Source of the DNA: an uncultured delta proteobacterium
GTDB taxonomy: Bacteria; Desulfobacterota; Binatia; UBA9968
NCBI GenBank assembly: GCA_963737905.1
Contig: CAVTUQ010000009.1
Location: 1-64,000, forward strand
DNA: 64,000 nucleotides
Direction: 5' to 3'
Under the pieces are notes generated by a model that saw only the letters and a list, made by a program, of their open reading frames with translations, ran no database searches and was not told the origin of the DNA. Below, piece after piece: positions 17,283-26,587 of this stretch; positions within the stretch are counted from its first letter, which is position 1; every line of letters begins with the position of its first letter. The translations under genes and the position numbers were made by a program.

Positions 17283-20200
17283 CTAACTCATTCGCACCGA
17301 CACAACTTTAGAAACTCCAGGTTCCGCCATCGTGATGCCGTAGAGGACTTCGGCAGCCTGCATGGTTTTTTTGTTGTGGGTGACCAGCACGAACTGAGAA
17401 ATCTGGCTCATTTCTTTGATGATATCGTTGAACCGATCGATATTAGCATCGTCGAGTGGAGCGTCGACCTCGTCCAGGAAGCAGAAGGGGCTCGGCTTCG
17501 TCAAGAAAATTGCAAACAGGAGGCTTACCGCTGTTAATGCCTTCTCACCACCGGAGAGGAGCGTGATGAACTGCAGTTTCTTGCCGGGGGGCTGGACGAC
17601 GATGTCCACTCCCGTTTCCAGATAGTCATTTTCATCCGTCAGAACCAGGTTGGCTTTGCCGCCTCTGAAGAGCCGAGGGAATAGGGACTGGAATTTTTCG
17701 TTGATCTCCTCGAAGCTTTCTTTGAACCGAAGCCGGCAAATGCGGTTTAATTTGATAATCGTGCGCTGAAGGTCAGCCATCGATTTCTCAAGGTCCTCTT
17801 TCTGCTGGTTCATGAATTGGAAGCGGCTGTTAAGCTCTTCGTACTCACCGATGGCGGCGAGGTTGACTTCGCCCATCCGCTCAAGCCGGCCCCGGAGGTC
17901 GTCGATTTCCGTCAACAGATCTTCCGTCGAGGCCATGGGTTCTGAGCCTTCGAAGCTGAGACTCTCCAGTCCGATATCATACCGCTCGCGGATATTGACG
18001 GCGAGATGCTGGCAGTTCAATCTTTTTTCTGCCAATAGGAGCTGGAGCCGATTCTTCTCTTCCTGGCAGGCCTCGCCCAGGGGCCGCAGCTCTTTAATCG
18101 ACTCTTCAATCTCCAGTAGATTTCTGGAGATCTCTTTGTGTTTGTGCCGCTCGGTTTGCAGTCGCTCTTCCAACTCTTGCAAATTGCGACGGCCCGTTTC
18201 GAGAGCCCTTTCTGACTGGCTCAGAGCGAGTTCAATCTGGCTCCGCCGGCGCGTTATATCGGCGATCTGATCCCGCCGAAAGTTCATCTGCTCGAAAGTT
18301 TCCTTCCGTAGATTGAAGCGGTTTTCGAGATTATGACGGGTGTTTTCCTTTTTTTCTCCCAGCGCCGCATTACGGATGCGCGACTGAGTGACGGCGGCCT
18401 CCATAGCTTCGACAGACTTCTGCAACTCCACAGACGCTGCTTGTTTTTGCGTCAGGATAGTTTCCTTTTCGGTTTTGTCTCGGCTGCGAGTTTCAATTGC
18501 CGTTCGACACTCGTTGACTTCTTGCGTGACCCGATCCAGCGCGCTCGAAAGCTCGTTCTGCTCCTCGAGTAGAGCTTGAACCGTTTGTGTCAACCGTTCA
18601 AACTCTCGGTTCGCCGCGAGGTGCTCGTGCTCCAATCTCACCCGATCGAGCTCTAACCGATGAATCTCCGCTGCCAGCGAGGACTTTTTCGTTTCTGCCC
18701 GGTCCAACTCGCGTTTTAATTTTTCAACTTCCCGGTCTTCGATTTGAAGTTTTAGGTCGAGTTCCGTAAGAAGGGCCGTCAGCTCTCTGATGCGCCGTCG
18801 CTGCGTGAGAGCATTGCCCTCGAGCGCGTCACCGCTACCTCCGGTCACGGTTCCCATGGGATCGATGACTTCACCGTCCGGCGTTACCAGCGTGCTATGG
18901 AAGCCATTGCGATTCCACAGCGCCAATCCGGCCCTCAGGTCGCGCACGACGACCACATCGGACAGGAGATATTCTGCAACCTCGCCATAGCCCTCATTCA
19001 CCGATATCACCTCGAGAAGAGGGGCGATAACCTCGGCTTCCCCTAACGGCAATGGACAATGTGCTTTTCTGGACAACCGGAGCGGGATAAAGCTGCCTCG
19101 ACCTGAAGCCTCGCGCTTCAGGTATTCGATGGCTTCCACGCCTTCTTCTTGACCTTTAACGATCACGTACTGCAAGCGGTCACCGAGGACCGCCGTCAGC
19201 GCTTTTTCGAAGGGTTCAGGAGCTTCGATGACCTCGGCGACCAGACCATAGATGCCATTGGGCCCGGTGTCGCGATGGCGCTTGAGCATGATGGCGCGGA
19301 CACCTTCCTGATATCCTTCATAATTCTTCTGCAAATCTTCCAGAGACACGAGTCTAGAACGATTTTCCTGAATTTGCTCTTTCAGTGACTCGGCTCTCTT
19401 TTCCTGGTCCTCTTTCGCTCGGAGAAGCGTTTGAAGCAAGGCGTTGACCTCCGCCGCTTCGACGCCTCTCTCACGGGACTGGCCAAGGCAATTTTCCAGC
19501 GCCGTCTTCGTGTCCTTAAGTTTTTGATCACACAGCGCCAGCGAGCTCGAGGTGGCCGCATGCTCCTCGCGGCTCCGCGCCAGTTGTTTGCCGATTTCCT
19601 GGCAGCGATTGGATTTGGCCAGCGCATCATTGCGCCCATAGGCGATTTGATTGGCCGCTTCGATGAGCGCTTCTTTCTCTCGATCAAGGTCGAATTGAAG
19701 TGACTTGATCTCGGACTCGAGCTTGTTGAGATCCTCTTCCTTCTCCTTAAGGAAGCTCTCTTCGAAGAGCGAGAGTTGCACAAAGCTCTCTTTAGCCTTC
19801 TCAAGCTCATCGATCTCCCGTCCAAGAGTTTGGGTCTTCTCCTCGAGTTGCAAGAGCGCCGCCCGAGTCTCCATCTCTGCCTGAGTGAGTTGTGCGAGAT
19901 CCTTTCCGTAGAAGTCAATTCTTTGCTCTTCGGCTTGGATCTGAATCTTCCCTTGGTACACAGTTTCCTGTTGAACGCTGATCTCTTGCTCCGCCGTCAG
20001 CAGCGAGAGGCGCACCGTTTCGCTTTCGGCTTCCTTGGAACGGAGAGCGGTAACATGTTCGGTGAAGCGGTTCTCTGCATCCGTCAGTTGACATTCATAG
20101 TCGGCAATCTCCTCATTGAAGCCGCGTTGCTGAAACGCCGCATAGCGGAGATCCTTCTCCTTCAACTGCGTTTTCAGCGCGCGATAGCGCTCGGCTTTCT

Positions 20201-20837
20201 TAGCCTGCAGTTCCATCGTGCGGATTTGACGTTCGATCTCGCGGACGATGTCGCTGACCCGCAGTAGGTTCTGTTGCGTCCGCTCCAGTTTTCGCTCGGC
20301 CACAAGCTTTCGGCTCTTGTACTTACTTGTCCCCGCCGCTTCTTCGATGAGCGCCCGCCGATCTTCGGGCTTGGAGTTGACCAGTTCATCGACCCGTCCT
20401 TGCTCGACAATGGAATAGGCTTTGCTGCCCACGCCGGTCCCTAAGAAGAGCTCGATTATGTCTTTCAGGCGACAGGGGATCTTGTTGATGGCGTACTCCG
20501 ACTCTCCCGAGCGAAAGAGCCGGCGAGTCACCATGATTTCACTGAAGTTATTGTATTCGATGGGACCGCGGCCGTCTTCGTTTTCGAAAATCAACGATAC
20601 CTCGGCCATGCCGGTGGGAGGTGAGCTCTCACTACCGTTGAATACCACGTCCTCCATCTGATGCCCCCGGAGATGGCGGGCGCTTTGTTCACCCATGGCC
20701 CAACGGAGGGCATCAACGATGTTGGATTTTCCACAGCCATTGGGACCGACGATGGCCGTGATTCCCGGATTGAGCTCAACGACGGTTTTCTCCACAAAGG
20801 ACTTAAATCCAACCATTTCAAGGCTTTTTAAACGCAT
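17283..20837 (-). CDS. smc: Chromosome segregation protein SMC
   Basis: GPNGCGKSN, hinge, LSGGEK, LDEVDAPLD; 1184 aa. Confidence 0.98.
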   Translation of the reverse strand: MRLKSLEMVGFKSFVEKTVVELNPGITAIVGPNGCGKSNIVDALRWAMGEQSARHLRGHQMEDVVFNGSESSPPTGMAEVSLIFENEDGRGPIEYNNFSEIMVTRRLFRSGESEYAINKIPCRLKDIIELFLGTGVGSKAYSIVEQGRVDELVNSKPEDRRALIEEAAGTSKYKSRKLVAERKLERTQQNLLRVSDIVREIERQIRTMELQAKKAERYRALKTQLKEKDLRYAAFQQRGFNEEIADYECQLTDAENRFTEHVTALRSKEAESETVRLSLLTAEQEISVQQETVYQGKIQIQAEEQRIDFYGKDLAQLTQAEMETRAALLQLEEKTQTLGREIDELEKAKESFVQLSLFEESFLKEKEEDLNKLESEIKSLQFDLDREKEALIEAANQIAYGRNDALAKSNRCQEIGKQLARSREEHAATSSSLALCDQKLKDTKTALENCLGQSRERGVEAAEVNALLQTLLRAKEDQEKRAESLKEQIQENRSRLVSLEDLQKNYEGYQEGVRAIMLKRHRDTGPNGIYGLVAEVIEAPEPFEKALTAVLGDRLQYVIVKGQEEGVEAIEYLKREASGRGSFIPLRLSRKAHCPLPLGEAEVIAPLLEVISVNEGYGEVAEYLLSDVVVVRDLRAGLALWNRNGFHSTLVTPDGEVIDPMGTVTGGSGDALEGNALTQRRRIRELTALLTELDLKLQIEDREVEKLKRELDRAETKKSSLAAEIHRLELDRVRLEHEHLAANREFERLTQTVQALLEEQNELSSALDRVTQEVNECRTAIETRSRDKTEKETILTQKQAASVELQKSVEAMEAAVTQSRIRNAALGEKKENTRHNLENRFNLRKETFEQMNFRRDQIADITRRRSQIELALSQSERALETGRRNLQELEERLQTERHKHKEISRNLLEIEESIKELRPLGEACQEEKNRLQLLLAEKRLNCQHLAVNIRERYDIGLESLSFEGSEPMASTEDLLTEIDDLRGRLERMGEVNLAAIGEYEELNSRFQFMNQQKEDLEKSMADLQRTIIKLNRICRLRFKESFEEINEKFQSLFPRLFRGGKANLVLTDENDYLETGVDIVVQPPGKKLQFITLLSGGEKALTAVSLLFAIFLTKPSPFCFLDEVDAPLDDANIDRFNDIIKEMSQISQFVLVTHNKKTMQAAEVLYGITMAEPGVSKVVSVRMS

Positions 20838-20934
20838 AAACGCAATTCTTTTTCGGCGGTTCTGTGAGGAAAAATCCCGGGCGTAAGCTTTGCCCGCAAT
20901 ATTTCACACGTAGGCCAGGGTGTCAAGCAGAAAT

Positions 20935-20980
20935 TACAATATGAGGGGGAATTTTTGGATTCGTACCACAATATGTGGGA
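20935..20980. promoter_or_regulatory. Tandem NrdR-like boxes upstream of the smc -35
   Basis: TACAATATGAGG and CACAATATGTGG, 32 bp apart; TTGACA (minus) at 20921-20926. Confidence 0.55.
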
Positions 20981-20996
20981 CGATTTACGGAGTAAA

Positions 20997-21629
20997 CTAC
21001 TTTTCTAAAAGTTCCGTGTTCCAGTACGAGACGTCTACTGTATTGAGAAAGGGCATCCATTCCTTATATCGCGATAGGCTAAAGGTCTCCTGCATAAATG
21101 GTGTCCATTTCGGCTTGAATGGTTTTCGAGCGAGTGTCATTCCTGCCTGTTGTGGGGTACGTCCGCCTTTCCTTCGGTTACACTCCTGGCAAGAACAGAC
21201 GACGTTTTCCCATACTGAAGTACCCCCTTGGGAGCGGGGAATCACGTGATCGAGATTTAATTCATGCCGGGGCAGCCGCTGGCAGCAATATTGGCAAATA
21301 CATTTGTCTCTTGCGTAGATGTTATAGCGACTAAAACGAACTTGTCTCTTCGGAACTCGGTCATAGCCAACCAGCAAAATGACCCGGGGAACCCGGATCA
21401 CCCGATTCACCAGCCCGATGGATTCATCCCGAGCTGAGACCGAAAGGTCGCTCCAGCTATCATAGTCGAAGGTTTGATAATGCTCATTCACCGCCCTCGC
21501 AATGCCTTGATAAAGCAAAATAAAAGCGCGGCGAACCGACGTTACATGGATCGGAAGATAGGAACGATTAAGGATTAATACCTTAGTATTCAGGATCGAA
21601 AAGGCCGGCGCTGAGGCAGAGTAGTTCAT
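20997..21629 (-). CDS. HNH endonuclease (McrA-like)
   Basis: VLILN..Y.P, RD...CQYC, LDHVIPRSQGG...WENVV..C..CN..K. Confidence 0.92.
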   Translation of the reverse strand: MNYSASAPAFSILNTKVLILNRSYLPIHVTSVRRAFILLYQGIARAVNEHYQTFDYDSWSDLSVSARDESIGLVNRVIRVPRVILLVGYDRVPKRQVRFSRYNIYARDKCICQYCCQRLPRHELNLDHVIPRSQGGTSVWENVVCSCQECNRRKGGRTPQQAGMTLARKPFKPKWTPFMQETFSLSRYKEWMPFLNTVDVSYWNTELLEK

Positions 21630-21821
21630 TATAGTGGTCGCCCATCAAAAATATCGGGGGGAGGGTGGAATGTCAAACAGAACGAGGTGATGAGAACCCT
21701 GGTTGAAGTCAGGAATAATTTACACTATAAGGTTAAAGAGCTGCCCATGGATGTCTGGGTCTCCGATGTTGGCCGGCGATCCTTCTTGCGTTACCCCTGC
21801 CTCGCTTAACAAGCATTCCTT

Positions 21822-23333
21822 ATGAAACAAGAAATTTTCATCAATTCCAGTCCCCAGGAAAGCCGCATTGCGCTCATTGAGGACGGTTTTCTCGCGGAAT
21901 TCCTCATCGAGCGCAAGGAGGAAATGGGCATTGCTGGGAACATTTACAAAGGCAAAGTCTCCAGAGTGCTGCCCGGAATGCAGGCCGCTTTTGTGGATAT
22001 CGGCATGGAGAAAGCTGCATTTCTGCATGCCTCGGACTTTTCCAGTGTCCCGGAAGATATCCAGCTCATCAGTTCACCAGAAGAGGACGTGGAAGTTGAG
22101 ACACCTCCGAAACGGGTCTCCCGTCATCGCCTGCCTTTGGAAAAACAGCTATCCCGCGACGAGGAGATCCTTGTGCAAGTGGCGAAGGATCCATTGGGTA
22201 CGAAAGGGGCCCGGGTTACGTCCCATATCTCCTTGCCCGGGCGCTACATGGTCTTTATGCCCGGGACGAAACACATTGGTATCTCGCGGCGAATCGAAAG
22301 CGAAGAGGAGCGCAAGCGCTTGAAGGAGATTGCCGAGTCGGTGCTGACCGATCATGGCGGGTTCATTTTACGAACGGCCTCGGAGGGACGAAGTAAACGA
22401 GAGATTCAAAGAGATCTTCGCTTTCTTACGATTCTTTGGCGACGGCTTCAGAAGAAGGCGGAGGAAGCACCCGCCCCTTCATTGATCCACCAGGATCTGG
22501 ATCTCATCGCTAGAACGATTCGTGATTTTTTCACGGCGGATACCGAACAGGTGGTGATCGATTCTGCCAAGGATCACCGTCGCATCATGGATTTTATCCG
22601 TCAGTTCATGCCGAGGCTCAAAGCCAAAATAGTTTTATACTCGGGGGCGGAGCCCCTGTTTGACCGTCACGGCATCGAGGAAAAAATCGCAAAAGCCTTG
22701 GATCGACGCGTCTGGCTCCGTTCGGGGGGCTACATCATCATCGAGCGCACCGAGGCCTTGACGGCCATCGACGTCAATACCGGACGGTTTGTCGGCAAAC
22801 GAAACCAAGAGGAGACCATCGTCAGGACCAATTTGGAAGCGGCCCAGGAAGTGGTGCGCCAGCTTCGGCTCAGAAACGTGGGCGGCATCATTATCATTGA
22901 CTTTATCGACATGGAGAAAGAATCCAATCGTAAGAAAGTCTACGATGCCCTCAGGGACGCCCTCAAAAAAGACAAAGCCCGAACCAATATACTTAAGATA
23001 TCCGAACTGGGTCTAGTCGAAATGACGCGCCAGCGGACGCGAGAGAGTCTGGAGAATCAGTTACTAAGCCCGTGCCCGCAATGTGACGGTCGAGGCCGGA
23101 TCAAATCTTCGGTGACCATCGCCTATGACCTTTTGCGAGCGATCAAAAAACAACAGACGAATCTAGAGAACGGCAAGAATATTGTCGTGCGATTACACCC
23201 GGATGTCGCCAATTTTCTCTACGACGAGAAGAACAACAGCCTGGAAAATCTTGAACGGGAAATCAACCGCAGAATTATCATCAAGGTCAGCCAGGAGCTG
23301 CGCCACGATCAGTACGAAATCGCGGAATCGTGA
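21822..23333 (+). CDS. rng: Ribonuclease G (Rne/Rng family)
   Basis: GNIYKGKV..VLPGMQAAFVDIG, IDVNTG, GGIIIIDFIDM, CPQC. Confidence 0.95.
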   Translation: MKQEIFINSSPQESRIALIEDGFLAEFLIERKEEMGIAGNIYKGKVSRVLPGMQAAFVDIGMEKAAFLHASDFSSVPEDIQLISSPEEDVEVETPPKRVSRHRLPLEKQLSRDEEILVQVAKDPLGTKGARVTSHISLPGRYMVFMPGTKHIGISRRIESEEERKRLKEIAESVLTDHGGFILRTASEGRSKREIQRDLRFLTILWRRLQKKAEEAPAPSLIHQDLDLIARTIRDFFTADTEQVVIDSAKDHRRIMDFIRQFMPRLKAKIVLYSGAEPLFDRHGIEEKIAKALDRRVWLRSGGYIIIERTEALTAIDVNTGRFVGKRNQEETIVRTNLEAAQEVVRQLRLRNVGGIIIIDFIDMEKESNRKKVYDALRDALKKDKARTNILKISELGLVEMTRQRTRESLENQLLSPCPQCDGRGRIKSSVTIAYDLLRAIKKQQTNLENGKNIVVRLHPDVANFLYDEKNNSLENLEREINRRIIIKVSQELRHDQYEIAES

Positions 23334-23378
23334 GGCCAGCTTCTAGGCGGCGGCGATCTCTCGGCGCTATGCTCAATT

Positions 23379-23480
23379 GTATTGCTGGATTGCCGCGGTG
23401 TTGGCGAGATGAACTCGGTGGCCCTTCTCCATCAGTCCATCAACCAGCCAGTACCAGTTATAGGTCGATTCCACCACGAT
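23379..23480 (-). pseudogene. IS110-family transposase fragment (DEDD domain)
   Basis: Manual translation IVVESTYNWYWLVDGLMEKGHRVHLANTAAIQQY. Confidence 0.75.
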
Positions 23481-23645
23481 CCGCTAGATGATAATCGGAG
23501 CAACCGATTGATATAACGATAGAAGATTGTATGAATAGCGCGGTTTAAAGGCTTAGAGCGGGTTTTTTCGAGTGAAAAAGCCACTCCGCCGTTACCGGGC
23601 AGCAGCAATTGACAAATAGCTTAAGCAGAAAAAGATTCCCGACCC

Positions 23646-23712
23646 CTTTAACTCATCTGCTAACCCGCGCGCGGTGCTTTTCGGCGCGTCCGTGTGGACC
23701 GCTTTGTTATCC
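23646..23712 (-). other. Degenerate integron attC-like site
   Basis: GGATAAC-AAAGC-GGTCCAC..GCGCCGAAAAGCACCGCGC..GGTTAGC-AGATGA-GTTAAAG; R''/L''/L'/R' spacing, 67 bp. Confidence 0.45.
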
Positions 23713-23995
23713 GTGATGACCGTTGCGCGAGCCATTTGCTGAATGAGGCCTGGCTTTCGCCCGATGGTTTTCCTGCTAATAGGCCCTCGACACTGATATC
23801 CTCGTCAAGCTCCTCCCAATGGATGCCAACACCTCGACCGACCAGGCGCCAGCGCTTCCGCTCGGCCGATGACGCATGCGACAAGCGCGGATACCATGCA
23901 AGGGGAACAGAGATGCTCCGTCCATCGCTCAGGTCCACACAAAGCGTGTCCTCCGAAACTGCCACGTTTTCAACAAAGGGTATTTCAATCTCCAT
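23660..23995 (-). CDS. DUF2442 domain protein (TA-associated)
   Basis: L.V.LSDGR.ISVPLAWYPRL..AS..ER..W...G.GIHWEELDEDISVEGLLAG. Confidence 0.88.
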   Translation of the reverse strand: MEIEIPFVENVAVSEDTLCVDLSDGRSISVPLAWYPRLSHASSAERKRWRLVGRGVGIHWEELDEDISVEGLLAGKPSGESQASFSKWLAQRSSRITKRSTRTRRKAPRAG

Positions 23996-24145
23996 CGCCG
24001 CGGATATCAGACTCGTCGATAGTTGCGTTCTTAAGGTCGATCTGTTTAACGGGGTAAGATAGGTTTAGTCCGCGCCAACACGAACCCGCTAAGTTGCAAA
24101 TCGCCTGGGAATCCGTGGAGACGACTTTCATATATGCAGTAGCCA

Positions 24146-24188
24146 GTTCCAATCGTTCAACCGCTTCGCTCCGTTCAAATCGTTAACG
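24146..24188. repeat. CGTTCAA-type REP-like short repeat
   Basis: GTTCCAATCGTTCAACCGCTTCGCTCCGTTCAAATCGTT; same unit at 35758 and 42083. Confidence 0.6.
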
Positions 24189-24340
24189 AAGGAGGCTGAC
24201 AAGAATCTGTGCCTACTGACCTGTCTGCTAATGGGAGCGCCCCGCGCTACCCATCGATCGTTGCCTAGGCTGTCTTGGCGAACCCTTCATTCACTTTTTT
24301 CTCGAAGGCGAGCAGCTTCTGGACGCTCGGGCGCTCCGGG

Positions 24341-24760
24341 TTATACTCGTATCGCTTCGACTCGGAGACCGTGCGTTCTAGCGGCTGCACACTGACGGTC
24401 GTCGGCAGAAACGAATAGGTCTGTCGACCACTCCGAGGCGCAAGCGACATGTAAGGCATCGGCACTACGGAGCGGAAACTGCTCAAGCAGTGCCACCGCT
24501 TGAGCTATCACTTCCTCAGTAATGCCAATAACAGTAGCGTCGTCGATGTCCGAAAGTACCGATGCCTTGGCCTTTCGATACTCTTGAGTTGAAACTTTGC
24601 GTTCGCGCCGCCGGCGGCACAGAGCCGAGACGATTTCCGGAATACAGATCACCGAGACGGCTAACGCTGAAGCCGAAGAGAGGATGGCTTGAACCTGATC
24701 GCTTCCTTTCTCTTCGATGTATCGTTTAGCCAGGGCTGAAGAATCGACGAAAACATTCAA
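24341..24760 (-). CDS. vapC: VapC PIN-domain toxin
   Basis: TTG start overlapping the antitoxin stop; FVDSSALAKRY..E..LRSADALHVA..FVSADDRQ. Confidence 0.9.
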   Translation of the reverse strand: MNVFVDSSALAKRYIEEKGSDQVQAILSSASALAVSVICIPEIVSALCRRRRERKVSTQEYRKAKASVLSDIDDATVIGITEEVIAQAVALLEQFPLRSADALHVACASEWSTDLFVSADDRQCAAARTHGLRVEAIRV

Positions 24761-24987
24761 CGTGACTTCCGCCTTTCCGCCAAAATCGCCCTGCTGAGCG
24801 ATGCACCGGGACAGACCAACCTCAAACCGGGCCGCTTCCATGACGGAATTTTCTCCTCGGTTTCAGCAGGAACGATTTTCGCCACTGTTTTGCCATGGCG
24901 AATGACACGAACTGTTTCACCCTTTTCAACGAGAGTCAAAATTTCTGACGCCCTCTTTCTGAACTCAGTAAATGATAAACTTTTCAT
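24757..24987 (-). CDS. Phd/YefM antitoxin
   Basis: MKSLSFTEFRKRASEILTLVEKGETVRVIRHGKTVAKIVP. Confidence 0.9.
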   Translation of the reverse strand: MKSLSFTEFRKRASEILTLVEKGETVRVIRHGKTVAKIVPAETEEKIPSWKRPGLRLVCPGASLSRAILAERRKSR

Positions 24988-25042
24988 ACACGGTCCGCCT
25001 CCATCCACTGATTGTACATTACTGCACATTCGGTGTGCAATC

Positions 25043-25270
25043 TGCTAATCCCCGGCCGGTGGGGAGACCCGGCAGGCCGATGGCGGGACCTAGGTCGCAG
25101 CCATGCATGGGCCTCAGGGTTCCTAGCCAGGATTATTCACTGACGAACAACGATCGAGGGGCGAGCCCTCCGGATCGAAGGCAATGGGCCTCTACCTTGA
25201 GGCGGCCCGCAAACCTAGGTTCTGAAGCGGATACCTGGGAAAAGATTCGAGCGCAAGGTCAAATACCCTA
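25043..25270 (+). ncRNA. Structured non-coding element resembling an IS110 left end/bridge RNA, without a transposase
   Basis: Stacked hairpins: GCCGG..GAGA..CCGGC, GGT-CGCA-GCC, CGATC-GAGGG/CCCTC-GATCG, GGGCC/GGCCC. The family resemblance is from memory only. Confidence 0.4.
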
Positions 25271-25454
25271 ATCGTCATTGGAACTGTTCGCCTCTGTGCC
25301 TTCGCTCCTCCAAGCTCGCCCCTTGATCGACACTGTGTCGTGGGTTTTCCTGTGAGCATGAATAATCCGGGCTAGGTGTTTCCATATCCTGACTTTTTGA
25401 TTAAAGTTCTCGCACAAAAACGGAATTCCGAATTCATTGCGAGGAGGAAATATC

Positions 25455-25874
25455 ATGGCAGAGCTGAAGCAAGACCCCACACATCCGTTGCAACACGAGC
25501 AATGTTATCTTTGTTTCATGACGCTGGTGGAACCGCCCCCGGTACACGCGCCATCCCGCGAGGAGGTGCGCCGCCCGCACAAGGAATACATGGCCAGACT
25601 CGAAAGCGAGGGGCGCCTGTTTGGCGCGGGCCTGCTCAAGAACGATAAGGAGAAGGAAACCTCCGATCTGGGTTACGGCATGTTCATCTTGCGCGCTGAA
25701 ACCAGGGCGGAGGCGGAAGCGATCGCATTCCAAGAACCCAATACCAAGGCCGGTCTGCGCATCATGAAGGTGATTCCCTGGGCCCGGGGGGAAGGGGATA
25801 TCAACATTTCGATCAGCTTTACCAACGGTACGGTGAAGATCGATCGGCGCAGTTATCTATTGGACAATGGCTAA
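25455..25874 (+). CDS. YciI family protein
   Basis: R.PH.EYM..LE.EG.LF.AG.L...G.FIL.AE...EAE.IA..EP....G; AGGAGG RBS. Confidence 0.8.
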   Translation: MAELKQDPTHPLQHEQCYLCFMTLVEPPPVHAPSREEVRRPHKEYMARLESEGRLFGAGLLKNDKEKETSDLGYGMFILRAETRAEAEAIAFQEPNTKAGLRIMKVIPWARGEGDINISISFTNGTVKIDRRSYLLDNG

Positions 25875-25899
25875 GGATAATAAAAGCGTCGGTAAATAT

Positions 25900-26553
25900 T
25901 CAGGGTACCTGGCCGCGTGCTATGGGCGCTCTCACCGTGATCTGCGTCGCGGTCGTCGCGCCGTCGTCCGCTCGGTTGGCCGTGATGGATAGTGTCGCGC
26001 CGGATTTCAACCATGTCGAATCGGCGATGACCCGTTTGACCACCAGCGTATCCGCCGGCACTAGGACTTTAATTTCGCCGCCCTTGTATTTGAGCAGCAA
26101 CAGGCGCCCCTGCACGTTTTGAACCGCAACGTCCTCCACGGTGTCGACGTTGGCGTTGGTCATGGTGAGGCCGCTTCCCGGCGCCGAGCTGAGCGGGCGG
26201 TGCCCTTCGCCCGTACCCCGCTGGTCTTCGCTAAAAACATGCAAGCGCGAAGCACGGAAAGTTCCGTCCGGTTCCTTTGCCGCAGTGGCGCCCACGTACA
26301 TCCCGGGCGTGATATCGGAAAACTTAATGGGAAGCTCGCCGCGGATTACCGTTTTGTCGTTGAGCTTCACCGCCGCAGGCCCATTAGTAGTTTCCACCAC
26401 CAGCTCCTGCCCCTTCAGCGATGTCACTTTGCCGGTCACACTCACCGTGCTCTGCGCCCCCAGCGCGCCACTCGTTAGAAAAACGACGATTCCGATCGTG
26501 ACTGCAGTCCAGCCACTGAAAGGTGTCATTTTAACGATGCCACGGTTTTGCAT
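25900..26553 (-). CDS. Secreted OB-fold (DUF5666-like) protein
   Basis: Signal peptide; GTGEGHRP and MTNANV motifs. Confidence 0.65.
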   Translation of the reverse strand: MQNRGIVKMTPFSGWTAVTIGIVVFLTSGALGAQSTVSVTGKVTSLKGQELVVETTNGPAAVKLNDKTVIRGELPIKFSDITPGMYVGATAAKEPDGTFRASRLHVFSEDQRGTGEGHRPLSSAPGSGLTMTNANVDTVEDVAVQNVQGRLLLLKYKGGEIKVLVPADTLVVKRVIADSTWLKSGATLSITANRADDGATTATQITVRAPIARGQVP

Positions 26554-26587
26554 AACCCTATCTTGTCGTCCGCCCCCGGGGTCAAGG

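Noticed and set aside
17283-21629. SMC plus HNH as a Wadjet/Lamassu-like defence system
   Set aside because: Canonical full-length SMC in the usual smc-ftsY context; the HNH has its own promoter; no jet or lmu partners.
25140-25182. Hammerhead ribozyme (CTGACGA plus stem)
   Set aside because: No GAAA after stem II, extra bases break the core, and no stems I/III were found.
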